Below are positions 28,719-36,936 of a DNA stretch of 64,000 nt, in pieces; positions within the stretch are counted from its first letter, which is position 1; each line of letters begins with the position of its first letter. The translations under genes and the position numbers were made by a program. The DNA lies in the NCBI GenBank assembly GCA_004297205.1, contig SCUL01000002.1:658893-722892 (forward strand), in the 5' to 3' direction. The notes beneath the pieces are model-generated. The model ran no database searches. It saw only the letters and a program-made list of their open reading frames with translations, and had not been told where the DNA came from. This DNA is from Patescibacteria group bacterium (GTDB taxonomy: Bacteria; Patescibacteriota; Patescibacteriia; 2-12-FULL-57-11).

Positions 28719-28841
28719 CTACTTTTTGTCGCTGTCCTCCTGAACCGCGATCCAGCCGCGCTTGATGGCGTAACGGACCAGCAACGCGCCGGCAGAACAG
28801 ATCATGACCCAGATGAACGCAACGATGATGATCTTCAACAT
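28719..28841 (-). CDS. Array ORF f, single-TM peptide (40 aa)
   Basis: GAGGAGG-TCGC-ATG; MLKIIIVAFIWVMICSAGALLVRYAIKRGWIAVQEDSDKK. Confidence 0.7.
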   Translation of the reverse strand: MLKIIIVAFIWVMICSAGALLVRYAIKRGWIAVQEDSDKK

Positions 28842-28845
28842 GCGA

Positions 28846-28951
28846 CCTCCTCGTCTGACCGCACCACCGGAGTGATGCCTTCGGAAGAGGAGAGAGCGCA
28901 TGCGCGATCCGCATCGCTCTCTGGACCCGTTTTGTTTCTCCGGTGGGGTCC
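28846..28951 (-). repeat. Structured intergenic element unit 7 (D'-C'-B; no A)
   Basis: GGACCC..GGGTCC / AGAGAGCG..CGCTCTCT / CCTCTTCCGAAGGCATCAC-TCCG-GTGGTGCGGTCAGACGAGGAGG. Confidence 0.85.
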
Positions 28952-28965
28952 GAACCGGTTGTGCC

Positions 28966-29238
28966 TCAGCGCGAGGCGTAGATGATGGCCTCGCCATCGG
29001 CCACGATGTGCGTGGTTCCGACGGTGTACTCCTCGTGGGAGCGCAGCGTCTCGACCACCACGGGCACACGACCGACGATCTCGATCGTGTCGAGGACGAT
29101 CACGTGGCTTTCGGGCCGCGTGGTCTCCCGCGCCTCGTGGCGCTCTTCCCAGGCGAGAACCGCCGGGGACGTCATCGTGAGCGACGCGAACGCCGAGAGG
29201 CAGAGAACCGCGAACCCGAGCACCATGAGCTTCGTCAT
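28966..29238 (-). CDS. Array ORF g, secreted or membrane-anchored small protein (90 aa)
   Basis: MTKLMVLGFAVLCLSAFASL signal-like N-terminus; first gene after the promoter. Confidence 0.7.
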   Translation of the reverse strand: MTKLMVLGFAVLCLSAFASLTMTSPAVLAWEERHEARETTRPESHVIVLDTIEIVGRVPVVVETLRSHEEYTVGTTHIVADGEAIIYASR

Positions 29239-29436
29239 CTTCGTTTTTCCGTTTTCCCGGTAGAGCTCTCCGCAGTGGCGTTTCCGCGTACTGAGTGCTC
29301 TCCGCCACACGACCCGATCTCTCACCCTCAGGTCTTGTGGCGGTGGGTTTTCAAGGTCCGCTTCGGCCGGCACCTGTGACGACAAGCTGCACATGTGCCG
29401 TCCGGTTCCTCCTTTTCCATCCTTAAAGAACGCATG

Positions 29437-29465
29437 ACTATAGCATGCCCAAGCGGTTTTGTCAA
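29437..29465 (-). promoter_or_regulatory. Near-consensus sigma70 promoter upstream of the array
   Basis: Minus strand TTGACA-N17-TATAGT with TGn extended -10. Confidence 0.8.
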
Positions 29466-29488
29466 GCCTGCGCCTGGCATAAAGCAAA

Positions 29489-29514
29489 GAAAGTGGCTCA
29501 TCTGAGCCACTTTC
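29489..29514. terminator. Inverted repeat downstream of ruvA (terminator or operator)
   Basis: GAAAGTGGCTCA-TC-TGAGCCACTTTC; minus strand continues TTTCTTT. Confidence 0.65.
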
Positions 29515-29539
29515 CCTGTATAGAGCCAAGAAACACGTG

Positions 29540-30091
29540 TTATTTTCTCTTCAAAATAGCCAGTGTTTTTTTGAACCGTTCGGCATCCGGAAGATCCATG
29601 GAAACGGCGCTGAGCGCGGCTGCCGCTTCCTGCTTGCCGTAGCCCATGGTGACGAGCGCGTCCTGCAGATCGTCGGTCGGGCCGTCGTCGGCATCCACCA
29701 GCTTTCCCTTGAGTTCGAGGACGATTTTTTGGGCGGTTTTTTTGCCGACGCCGTGGGCCGAGGAAATGGCGCCGATGTCGCCCCGCTCGATTGCCGAGCG
29801 CACCGTCTGCGGGCTGCCCATGGCGAGGATGGCCAGCCCGGTGCGCGGTCCGACCCCGGAAACCGCGATCAGCTGCCAGAATAGTTCGAGCGCGTCGAGC
29901 GTGGCAAAGCCGAAGATCTCGCGGCCGTCGTCGCGGATCGCTTCATGGGTGTAGAGCGTGGTGCTGCTGCCGGGCGCGTTCTTGGCGAGCAGGTCCGCCG
30001 CGCACACAACACGGTAGCCGACCCCGGCCACGTCGATGATGACGTAGTCGTTGCCGCGGGCCAGGATTGTTCCGGTGAGAGAAGCGATCAT
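29540..30091 (-). CDS. ruvA: Holliday junction branch migration protein RuvA
   Basis: MIASLTG, VAGVGYRV, LIAVSGVGPRTGLAIL, GVGKKTAQKIVLELKGK. Confidence 0.96.
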   Translation of the reverse strand: MIASLTGTILARGNDYVIIDVAGVGYRVVCAADLLAKNAPGSSTTLYTHEAIRDDGREIFGFATLDALELFWQLIAVSGVGPRTGLAILAMGSPQTVRSAIERGDIGAISSAHGVGKKTAQKIVLELKGKLVDADDGPTDDLQDALVTMGYGKQEAAAALSAVSMDLPDAERFKKTLAILKRK

Positions 30092-30098
30092 GCGGGCT

Positions 30099-30124
30099 GT
30101 AGGGGCGGACCAATGTGTCCGCCC
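30099..30124 (+). repeat. GTAG-type REP
   Basis: GTAGGGGCGGACCAATGTGTCCGCCC; one mismatch to the copy at 37564. Confidence 0.75.
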
Positions 30125-30128
30125 TCAA

Positions 30129-32261
30129 CTAGTAATTACAATTCGGCGTCGGACACCCACCCGCGTATTCCGGGTCCACGGTCAGCTGCGCCGTGGCCGC
30201 CTCGTCCGCGCCGCGCGGGAGGGAGCCGACGGAGAGCACCTGTTCCTGCTTGGTGCCGTAGCGGTACACGGTGATGCCTTTGCACTTCATCTTCCAGGCC
30301 AGCAGATATGCCTTGCGCACGTCTTCGATCGTGGCTTTCTCCGGCAGGTTGATGGTTTTGGAGACGGCATTGTCCGACCACTTCTGGAAGGCGGCCTGCA
30401 TCTTCACGTGCCAGGCCGGTGGGATTTCGAGCGCGGTCTGGAAAAGTTTTTTGACCGGCGCCGGCACGCCCTTGGCGCGGGCGACGTTGCCGGTCTGCGC
30501 CGCGTGGAACAGGATGTCCTGGCTGTAGAATCCGCGGCCGCGGGCGATCCGCTCGAACTGCGCGTTCACTTCAAGGAGGCGCGTGCCTTCCATGACGTTG
30601 CGGACGAAGGCGATGGCGAAGAGCGGTTCGATGCCCGACGAGCAGCCGGCAATGATGGAGATCGTGCCGGTGGGTGCGATCGTCGTGACCGTGGCGTTGC
30701 GCATGTGGCGGCGGCCCATCTTCTGCCAGCGGCTGCCTTTGAACGACGGGAAGTCGCCGCGGAGTCTCCCGAGCGCCTGGGAGGTTTTGTGCCCCTCGGT
30801 CCAGACGGCCTTCATGAGTTTGTCGGCGAAGGCGAGCGCCCGGGGGGAGGCATAGGGGATGCCGAGCGCGACCAGCGCTTCGGCAAAGCCCATCACGCCG
30901 AGTCCGATGCGGCGGTGTTCTTTGGTGACTTCGGCCACGCGCGGCAGGGGATAGGTGTTGATGTCGATGACGTCGTCAAGGAAGCGCACGCCGAGCCGGG
31001 TCAGGCGGGCGAGCTTCTCCCAGTCGAAGCCGTTGGTACCGACGAGTTTGGCCAGGTTGATGGAACCGAGCGTGCAGCTTTCGTACGGATGCAACGGCTG
31101 CTCGCCGCAGGGGTTGGTGGCCTCGATGCGGCCGGCGTGGCGCGTCGGGTTTGTGCGGTTGATTTCGTCGATGAAGACGAGCCCCGGATCGCCCGTGGCC
31201 CAGGCCTGCTCGCAGATCTCGCGGAACAGCTCGCGCGCTTTGCGGCTGCCGGTTTTTTTGCCGGTGCGGGGGTTCACGAGCTCCACCGTTCCGCCCGTTG
31301 CGACGGCGCGAAGGAAACGGTCGGTCGCGGCCACCGAGATGTTGAAGTTCTTGAGCGTCAGGCCGTCGCCCTTGAGCGCGATGAAGCGCTCGACGTCCGG
31401 ATGCGTCACGTCGAGCATGCCCATGTTGGCGCCGCGCCGCCGGCCGCCCTGCTTGATGACCTCGGTCGTGGCGTCGAACAGCTGCATGAAGCTGAGCGGT
31501 CCGCTGGCCACGCCGCCGGTGGAACGCACCAGGTCGCCGTCCGGCCGGATGGCGGAGAAGTTGAAGCCGGTGCCGCCGCCGGACTGGTGGATGAGCGCGG
31601 TGGCCTTCAGCGTGTCGAAAATGCTCTCCAGTTCGTCGCGGATGGGGAGGACGAAGCAGGCCGCGAGCTGCCCGCGCGGGTTGCCGGCGTTCATGAGCGT
31701 CGGCGAGTTCGGCAGGAATTCGCCCGCGGCCATGGCCCGGTAGAACTCCTCGGCGGCCTTCGCGATCACGTCGGTCGGCGCGCCGTAGCGCTGCTCGCCC
31801 TGGGCCACGGCGCCCGCCACGCGGCGGAACATTTGGGACGGCGTCTCGATGATGCGGCCGTTCTCGTCTTTTTTCAGGTAACGGCGCTCCAGGACTTTGA
31901 TGGCGTTGACGCCGAGTTTGAGGTCATCGGCGATGCCGAAGTACGTTTTGTGTTTGCCGTTCGGCCGTTTCAGCGTCGGATACAGGACGTAGGCCTTGGC
32001 GACCTCCGGCATGTGGAGCTGCATGAGTGTCTCTTCGACGGCGTCGCGCACGTCGGCGGTCGAGGGGATCCGGCCCTCGAAGGTTTCGGCGATGACCGTT
32101 GCGACGCGGTCGGCCGCGGCCGCGGCCTTGGCGCGCGACGGATGCCCCATGACGTCGGCCATGGCCTTGCTCACCGAGCGCGCGATTTTCGCGAGCTGGA
32201 ACGGTTCGAGCCGGCCGTCGGATTTTCGCACCATCTTCGGCGCGTCGGGGACGCTCTTCAT
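30129..32261 (-). CDS. nrdJ: Adenosylcobalamin-dependent (class II) ribonucleotide reductase with ATP cone
   Basis: RKSDGRLEPF ATP cone; FLPNSPTLMNAG; QLAACFV; ATNPCGEQ; TIAPTGTIS; C-terminal CPTPNC; no beta subunit nearby. Confidence 0.92.
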   Translation of the reverse strand: MKSVPDAPKMVRKSDGRLEPFQLAKIARSVSKAMADVMGHPSRAKAAAAADRVATVIAETFEGRIPSTADVRDAVEETLMQLHMPEVAKAYVLYPTLKRPNGKHKTYFGIADDLKLGVNAIKVLERRYLKKDENGRIIETPSQMFRRVAGAVAQGEQRYGAPTDVIAKAAEEFYRAMAAGEFLPNSPTLMNAGNPRGQLAACFVLPIRDELESIFDTLKATALIHQSGGGTGFNFSAIRPDGDLVRSTGGVASGPLSFMQLFDATTEVIKQGGRRRGANMGMLDVTHPDVERFIALKGDGLTLKNFNISVAATDRFLRAVATGGTVELVNPRTGKKTGSRKARELFREICEQAWATGDPGLVFIDEINRTNPTRHAGRIEATNPCGEQPLHPYESCTLGSINLAKLVGTNGFDWEKLARLTRLGVRFLDDVIDINTYPLPRVAEVTKEHRRIGLGVMGFAEALVALGIPYASPRALAFADKLMKAVWTEGHKTSQALGRLRGDFPSFKGSRWQKMGRRHMRNATVTTIAPTGTISIIAGCSSGIEPLFAIAFVRNVMEGTRLLEVNAQFERIARGRGFYSQDILFHAAQTGNVARAKGVPAPVKKLFQTALEIPPAWHVKMQAAFQKWSDNAVSKTINLPEKATIEDVRKAYLLAWKMKCKGITVYRYGTKQEQVLSVGSLPRGADEAATAQLTVDPEYAGGCPTPNCNY

Positions 32262-32331
32262 ACGCACACAGGGTAGCACAAAACCAGGCCGTATGGCCTG
32301 GTTTGAGCGCCCTCTCGGGATGCGCGCTGCT

Positions 32332-32868
32332 CTACCACTCATACCGCAGCAGCCGCTTCTTTTTGAAACCTGAACCGAGCGTGACCACCTCCGTCGGTTG
32401 GCGTCGGGGAAAGGCAAAAGCGTGCGAAATGACCACCGTGCCGGGACGCAATTCCGCCTCGAACTTCGGTTCGAGGTACGCCATGATGTGCGGGAAGGTG
32501 TACAGGAAGATCACGTCGGCGTTTCCCACCGGCACCGAGCGCATGTCGCGGCGGAGGTACGTGATGGCATGGCCCGAGAGGGCGATCCGCAAGCGGCCGA
32601 GCAGCCACACCGTCGGTACGAGTTCCACGCCCATTGCCGTGATCGACGGGTGCGTGTTCTTGGCGGCGAGCAGGATGGAACCGTCGCCCGCGCCCAGGTC
32701 CATCACGTGTTCGCCGCCGCGCAGATGCGCCAGACGGATCATCTCGCGGACCACGTGCTTCGGCGTCCGGATGAAGGGGACGCCGACGAAGAGCCCGAAG
32801 GCCGCCGTGACGACCAGCACGACGCTCAGCGTGACCATCAAGATGATCACGAAGTCGAGGGGCTGCAT
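32332..32868 (-). CDS. Membrane-anchored class I SAM-dependent methyltransferase
   Basis: N-terminal TM; VPFIRTP; DLGAGDG; ELRPGTVVISHAF. Confidence 0.85.
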   Translation of the reverse strand: MQPLDFVIILMVTLSVVLVVTAAFGLFVGVPFIRTPKHVVREMIRLAHLRGGEHVMDLGAGDGSILLAAKNTHPSITAMGVELVPTVWLLGRLRIALSGHAITYLRRDMRSVPVGNADVIFLYTFPHIMAYLEPKFEAELRPGTVVISHAFAFPRRQPTEVVTLGSGFKKKRLLRYEW

Positions 32869-32874
32869 TGCGGA

Positions 32875-35760
32875 TCAGGCCTTTTTGATGCCGATCCAGA
32901 AGGCGCTTTCGCCGATCTGGATTTGCGCGTCCGCCAACACGTCCGGGGATTTTTCCTCGCGGATGAGGTCGGCGCGGATCGCGGCTTTGATCTCGTCATG
33001 GTGCGCGCGCAGGGCGGCCAGGAGATCGTCGTCCGCGCCCATGATGGAGAGCGTGATGCGGTCGGCCACGGTGAGCTTGGCGTTCTTGCGGAGGTTCTGG
33101 ACGTGGCGGATGAGTTCGCGCAGCGCACCCTGGAGTTTCAGCTCCGGCGTCATGGTCGTGTCGAGGGTCACGACGATGGAATCGCCGGACGGTTCTTTGA
33201 AGGCGACGGCCAGCACGTTCAGCTCCTCGCGGATGAGGGCCGCCGCTTCTTCTGAAACGGCCTTGGCCTGGATGGCGGCCGCGGCCAGCGGTTGGCGGAC
33301 AGGGACCTTGAGGCGGGCGCGCTCTTCTTGGCCGAAGGAGACGATGCGCCGCGTATGGTCCATCTCGGTGAGCAGCGCTTCGTCCGCGCCGCCCGCCGCC
33401 GGCCAGTCCTCGAGGTGCACGCTCTCCTTGCCGCCGTCGACGCGGGCGTAGAGCGATTCGGCGATGAACGGCAGGAACGGCGCGGCCAGCCGCGCGAAGG
33501 CGGCAAGCACCTGCTGGAGCGTGGCGGCCGCGGCGGCGCCGTCCGGTCCTTTCATGCGGTCGCGGCTGCGGCGCACGTACCACGTCGAGAGGTCGTCGAC
33601 GAAGGCGGAGAGGGCACGTCCGGCTTCCGTGATGCGCAGGGCGTCGAGGTCGGCGGTCATGTCTTCGGTCAGCCGGTTGAGGCGCGCCAGAATCCAGCGG
33701 TCGAGGATGTGTGTGCTCGGCGCGGCTGTGGTTGCGGTCTGCGGGCGGTAGGTCTCCCAGAACGTGAGGACGTTCCACAGGATGTTCAAGGTTTTTTTCA
33801 CGACCATGTCGAGGTCGGCCTCGTCGAAGCGCTTGGGGTCGCCCGGCTGGTTGACCGTGTACATGTAGAAGCGGCAGGCGTCGGCGCCGTAGCGGTCGAT
33901 CATCTCGAAGGGATTCACGACGTTGCCCTTCGACTTCGACATCTTCTGTCCCTTGGCGTCCAAAATGTGGCCGAGGCAGACGACGTTCTTGTACGGCACG
34001 CCGCGGCCGAGCAACGTCGACGTGGCGAGCAGGGTGTAGAACCAGCCGCGGGTCTGGTCGATGGCCTCGGCGATGTAGTCGGCCGGAAATGCTTCCGCCC
34101 GCCCTGAGCGTGTCGAAGGGTCCACCTTCTCCTTGTTCTCGAACGGGTAGTGCCATTGCGCGAACGGCATGGCGCCCGAGTCGAACCAGACGTCCATGAC
34201 GTCCGGGATGCGCATCATGGTGCCGCCGCAGGCGCAGCGGAGCTCCACCGCGTCGATGAACGGCCGGTGCGGATCGAACCCCTCTGTCTTCGGGCGCGTG
34301 GCGTCCGTGGCGCGGTCCGCGAGTTCCGCGAACGAGCCGATGCAGTCCTTCTTCCCGCAGGCCGCGCAGGTCCAGACCGGGATCGGCGTGCCCCAGTAGC
34401 GCTCGCGGCTGATGGCCCAGTCGCGCACGCCGTTCAGCCATTCGCCGAAGCGGCCCTCTTTGATGTAGCCGGGGGTCCAGGTGATCTGTTCGGCGTTGGC
34501 CATGAGTTCGGCCTTCACTTTGGAGACGGCGAAGAACCAGGAACGCTTGGCGTAGTACAGGAGCGGCGTCGAACAGCGCCAGCAGAACGGGTATTCGTGC
34601 ACGTACGGCTCGACCCGCCACAGCAGGCCGCGGCCTTTCAGGTCCTCGGTGATGAGCGCGTCGCCGTCTTTCACGAACATGCCGTTCAGCTGCATGCCGA
34701 ACGGATTCTCCGTGATGAAGGCGAACTGCCCTTCGGCATTCACGGTGCGCAGCAGAGGGAGCGCGTTCTCACGGGCCACGCGCAAGTCGTCTTCGCCGAA
34801 GGCCGGGGCGATATGGACGATGCCGGTGCCGTCCTCCGTGGAGACGAAGTCGCCGGAGACGACCCGGTGCGCCGGCGCGTCCGGTGCAGCGAGCGCGTAG
34901 AGCGGCTCGTAGTCCTTGCCCACGAGATCCTTGCCGGCGAGCTCGCGGAGCACCGCGTATTCCTGGCCTTCGAGGACCATCAAGCGCGACTTGGCGAGGA
35001 TCAGCCGCTCGCCGCCGATGTCCACCTCGACGTAGGTGATGTCCGGGCCGACCGCCAGCGCGACGTTCGCGGGCAGCGTCCAGGGCGTCGTCGTCCAGAC
35101 GAGGAACGCGGCGCCGTCCTTCGTCTTGAACCGCACGTAGACCGACGGGTCACGTACTTCTTTATATCCCTGCGCCACCTCGTGGCTGGAGAGCGCCGTA
35201 CCGCAGCGCGGGCAGTAGGGGACGATCTTGTCATCCTCGACCATCAGCCCGCGGTCCCAGATCTGCCGGATCATGGCCCAGAGCGATTCGACGTAGGCCG
35301 GCTCGTAGGTCACGTAGGGATGCTCCAAATCGACCCAGAAGCCGATGCGCTTGGTGAGCCGCTTCCAGTCCTCGAGGTAGGTCCAGACCGACTCCTTGCA
35401 GAGCGCGTTGAAGTGGGCGATCGATTCCGTGACCGTCGGCTTCAACTTTTCGATCTGCGGCTTGCCGGAGATGCCGAGTTTTTTTTCGACTTCGAGCTCG
35501 ACCGGGAGCCCGTGGGTGTCCCAACCGGCTTTGCGTTCCACGCGGAAACCGCGCATCGTCTTGTAGCGGGGGATGATGTCCTTGTAGGCGCGGGCCTCGA
35601 CGTGGTGGATGCCGGGCTTGCCGTTGGCCGTCGGCGGACCTTCGTAGAAGACGAAGCTGCCCTGCGGCGCGGGCTTCTCCAGCGTTTTTTCGAAGATGCG
35701 CTCCCGCTCCCAGCGGGCCAGCACGTCCTCTTCCATCTTCGGGAAATCTATGCCGGGCAT
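32875..35760 (-). CDS. ileS: Isoleucine--tRNA ligase (type 2)
   Basis: EGPPTANGKPGIHH; GWDTHGLPVE; WTTTPWTLP; DWAISRERYWGTP; KMSKS. Confidence 0.97.
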   Translation of the reverse strand: MPGIDFPKMEEDVLARWERERIFEKTLEKPAPQGSFVFYEGPPTANGKPGIHHVEARAYKDIIPRYKTMRGFRVERKAGWDTHGLPVELEVEKKLGISGKPQIEKLKPTVTESIAHFNALCKESVWTYLEDWKRLTKRIGFWVDLEHPYVTYEPAYVESLWAMIRQIWDRGLMVEDDKIVPYCPRCGTALSSHEVAQGYKEVRDPSVYVRFKTKDGAAFLVWTTTPWTLPANVALAVGPDITYVEVDIGGERLILAKSRLMVLEGQEYAVLRELAGKDLVGKDYEPLYALAAPDAPAHRVVSGDFVSTEDGTGIVHIAPAFGEDDLRVARENALPLLRTVNAEGQFAFITENPFGMQLNGMFVKDGDALITEDLKGRGLLWRVEPYVHEYPFCWRCSTPLLYYAKRSWFFAVSKVKAELMANAEQITWTPGYIKEGRFGEWLNGVRDWAISRERYWGTPIPVWTCAACGKKDCIGSFAELADRATDATRPKTEGFDPHRPFIDAVELRCACGGTMMRIPDVMDVWFDSGAMPFAQWHYPFENKEKVDPSTRSGRAEAFPADYIAEAIDQTRGWFYTLLATSTLLGRGVPYKNVVCLGHILDAKGQKMSKSKGNVVNPFEMIDRYGADACRFYMYTVNQPGDPKRFDEADLDMVVKKTLNILWNVLTFWETYRPQTATTAAPSTHILDRWILARLNRLTEDMTADLDALRITEAGRALSAFVDDLSTWYVRRSRDRMKGPDGAAAAATLQQVLAAFARLAAPFLPFIAESLYARVDGGKESVHLEDWPAAGGADEALLTEMDHTRRIVSFGQEERARLKVPVRQPLAAAAIQAKAVSEEAAALIREELNVLAVAFKEPSGDSIVVTLDTTMTPELKLQGALRELIRHVQNLRKNAKLTVADRITLSIMGADDDLLAALRAHHDEIKAAIRADLIREEKSPDVLADAQIQIGESAFWIGIKKA

Positions 35761-35875
35761 AGGAAAGATGGGAGAAGCGTACCGGGCGGACACGCGCCCG
35801 GCAAGAGTTGACAGGACGGCGGAAAGTCGCTAGGTTGGCCTGTCCGCACCCCGCCGCGGAAAGAAAGGAGGAGGC

Positions 35876-36424
35876 GTGGACGCTGGAAGAGAAGCACGTC
35901 TGTCCGTGATCAAGAAGATCTCGGATCCGATCGACCGAACCAGGGAAATCCTCGCCGATGTCGCCGACTTCTTCGACCAGGAAGTCCGCAGGCGGGCGGA
36001 GCTGGTCACGCGCCTGCGCTCGCCGACGCCGCCGACGGAGATCGAGGGTCACACGCTGCCGCCGCGCGAGGCGGCCATCAGGATCTTTCGATCAGAGATC
36101 GTGGACATGACGAACGTCGTCCTGTACCCGGGCGTCAAAGCCCGTCTCAACAAGAACGACGTCAACCACCTGAATTTCCACAAAGAGCATCTGCTCTTCG
36201 TGAACAGGCTGCTCGCGAGCTTCCTCGACAGGCTCAAGATCTCGAAGCGTCGGGGCAGCATCATGCTCTCCCGCCACCTAGGTGACGCCGCGGCCGCCGC
36301 GGAGTGGATGGAGTCGGTCCATGCCCTGGTCGTCCTGACCGTCGTCGAGATCGACGCGCTCATCCTGGCCGAAGAGGACAGGGAAACGCTCCGGCCCGCC
36401 GCAAGCGGACCACCGGAGGAGTGA
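35876..36424 (+). CDS. Hypothetical helical protein
   Basis: Strong AAGGAGGAGG SD before GTG; fills the gap between ileS and rpiB. Confidence 0.65.
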   Translation: MDAGREARLSVIKKISDPIDRTREILADVADFFDQEVRRRAELVTRLRSPTPPTEIEGHTLPPREAAIRIFRSEIVDMTNVVLYPGVKARLNKNDVNHLNFHKEHLLFVNRLLASFLDRLKISKRRGSIMLSRHLGDAAAAAEWMESVHALVVLTVVEIDALILAEEDRETLRPAASGPPEE

Positions 36425-36477
36425 AGCGCCACGCACACGCGGGGCGCGCTTTTTTATTCATGCTACAATCACCGCGT

Positions 36478-36936
36478 ATGAAACCCGTCGTCATCATCGG
36501 CACGGACCACGCCGGGTACCGCCTCAAGGAACGGCTGAAGCGCTGGCTTGCGGCCTCCGGGTACGAGGTGCTCGATTTTGGCACGACCTCGGGGAGCGAC
36601 GCGGACTATCCGGACTTCGTGATTCCGGTGGCCGAGGCGGTGGCGGCCGCGAAGGGCGCGGCACGCGGCATCGTGCTCGGCGGCAGCGGCAACGGCGAGG
36701 CGATCGCCGCCAACAAAGTGCGCGGTGTCCGCGCCGCGCTGTGTTTCGATGCGCAGACGGCGAAGCTCGCTCGGGAACACAACGATGCCAACATCCTGGC
36801 GCTCGGTGCCCGCACCGTGACGCGCAGTTTCCCACTCGTCCAGCGCGTCGTCCGCCTGTTTTTGACGACGCCGTTTACGAAAGCGCCGCGCCACGTCCGC
36901 CGTCTCAAAAAAATCGCCGCCTATGAGGCGAGCTGA
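36478..36936 (+). CDS. rpiB: Ribose-5-phosphate isomerase B
   Basis: GTDHAG, DYPD, GGSGNGEAIAANKVRGVRAA, REHNDAN, RHVRRL. Confidence 0.95.
   Translation: MKPVVIIGTDHAGYRLKERLKRWLAASGYEVLDFGTTSGSDADYPDFVIPVAEAVAAAKGAARGIVLGGSGNGEAIAANKVRGVRAALCFDAQTAKLAREHNDANILALGARTVTRSFPLVQRVVRLFLTTPFTKAPRHVRRLKKIAAYEAS

Noticed and set aside
25801-28892. Module B as HDV-like or hammerhead ribozyme
   Set aside because: CTCCTCGT resembles HDV L3 but only on the antisense strand and without P3/P1 pairing; no CUGAnGA/GAAA core. A novel ribozyme is not excluded.
25736-28951. Array as CRISPR or TIGR array
   Set aside because: Repeats are 90-165 nt and degenerate, the intervening sequences are whole ORFs of variable length, there is no short fixed period, and no cas or Nop-domain gene is present.
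25736-28951. Array as classical integron (attC sites)
   Set aside because: No RYYYAAC...GTTRRRY ends, units comprise several hairpins rather than one, and there is no tyrosine integrase in the window.
32262-32331. Cobalamin riboswitch before nrdJ; T-boxes before ileS, valS and tyrS
   Set aside because: Intergenic spaces are too short and lack the motifs.
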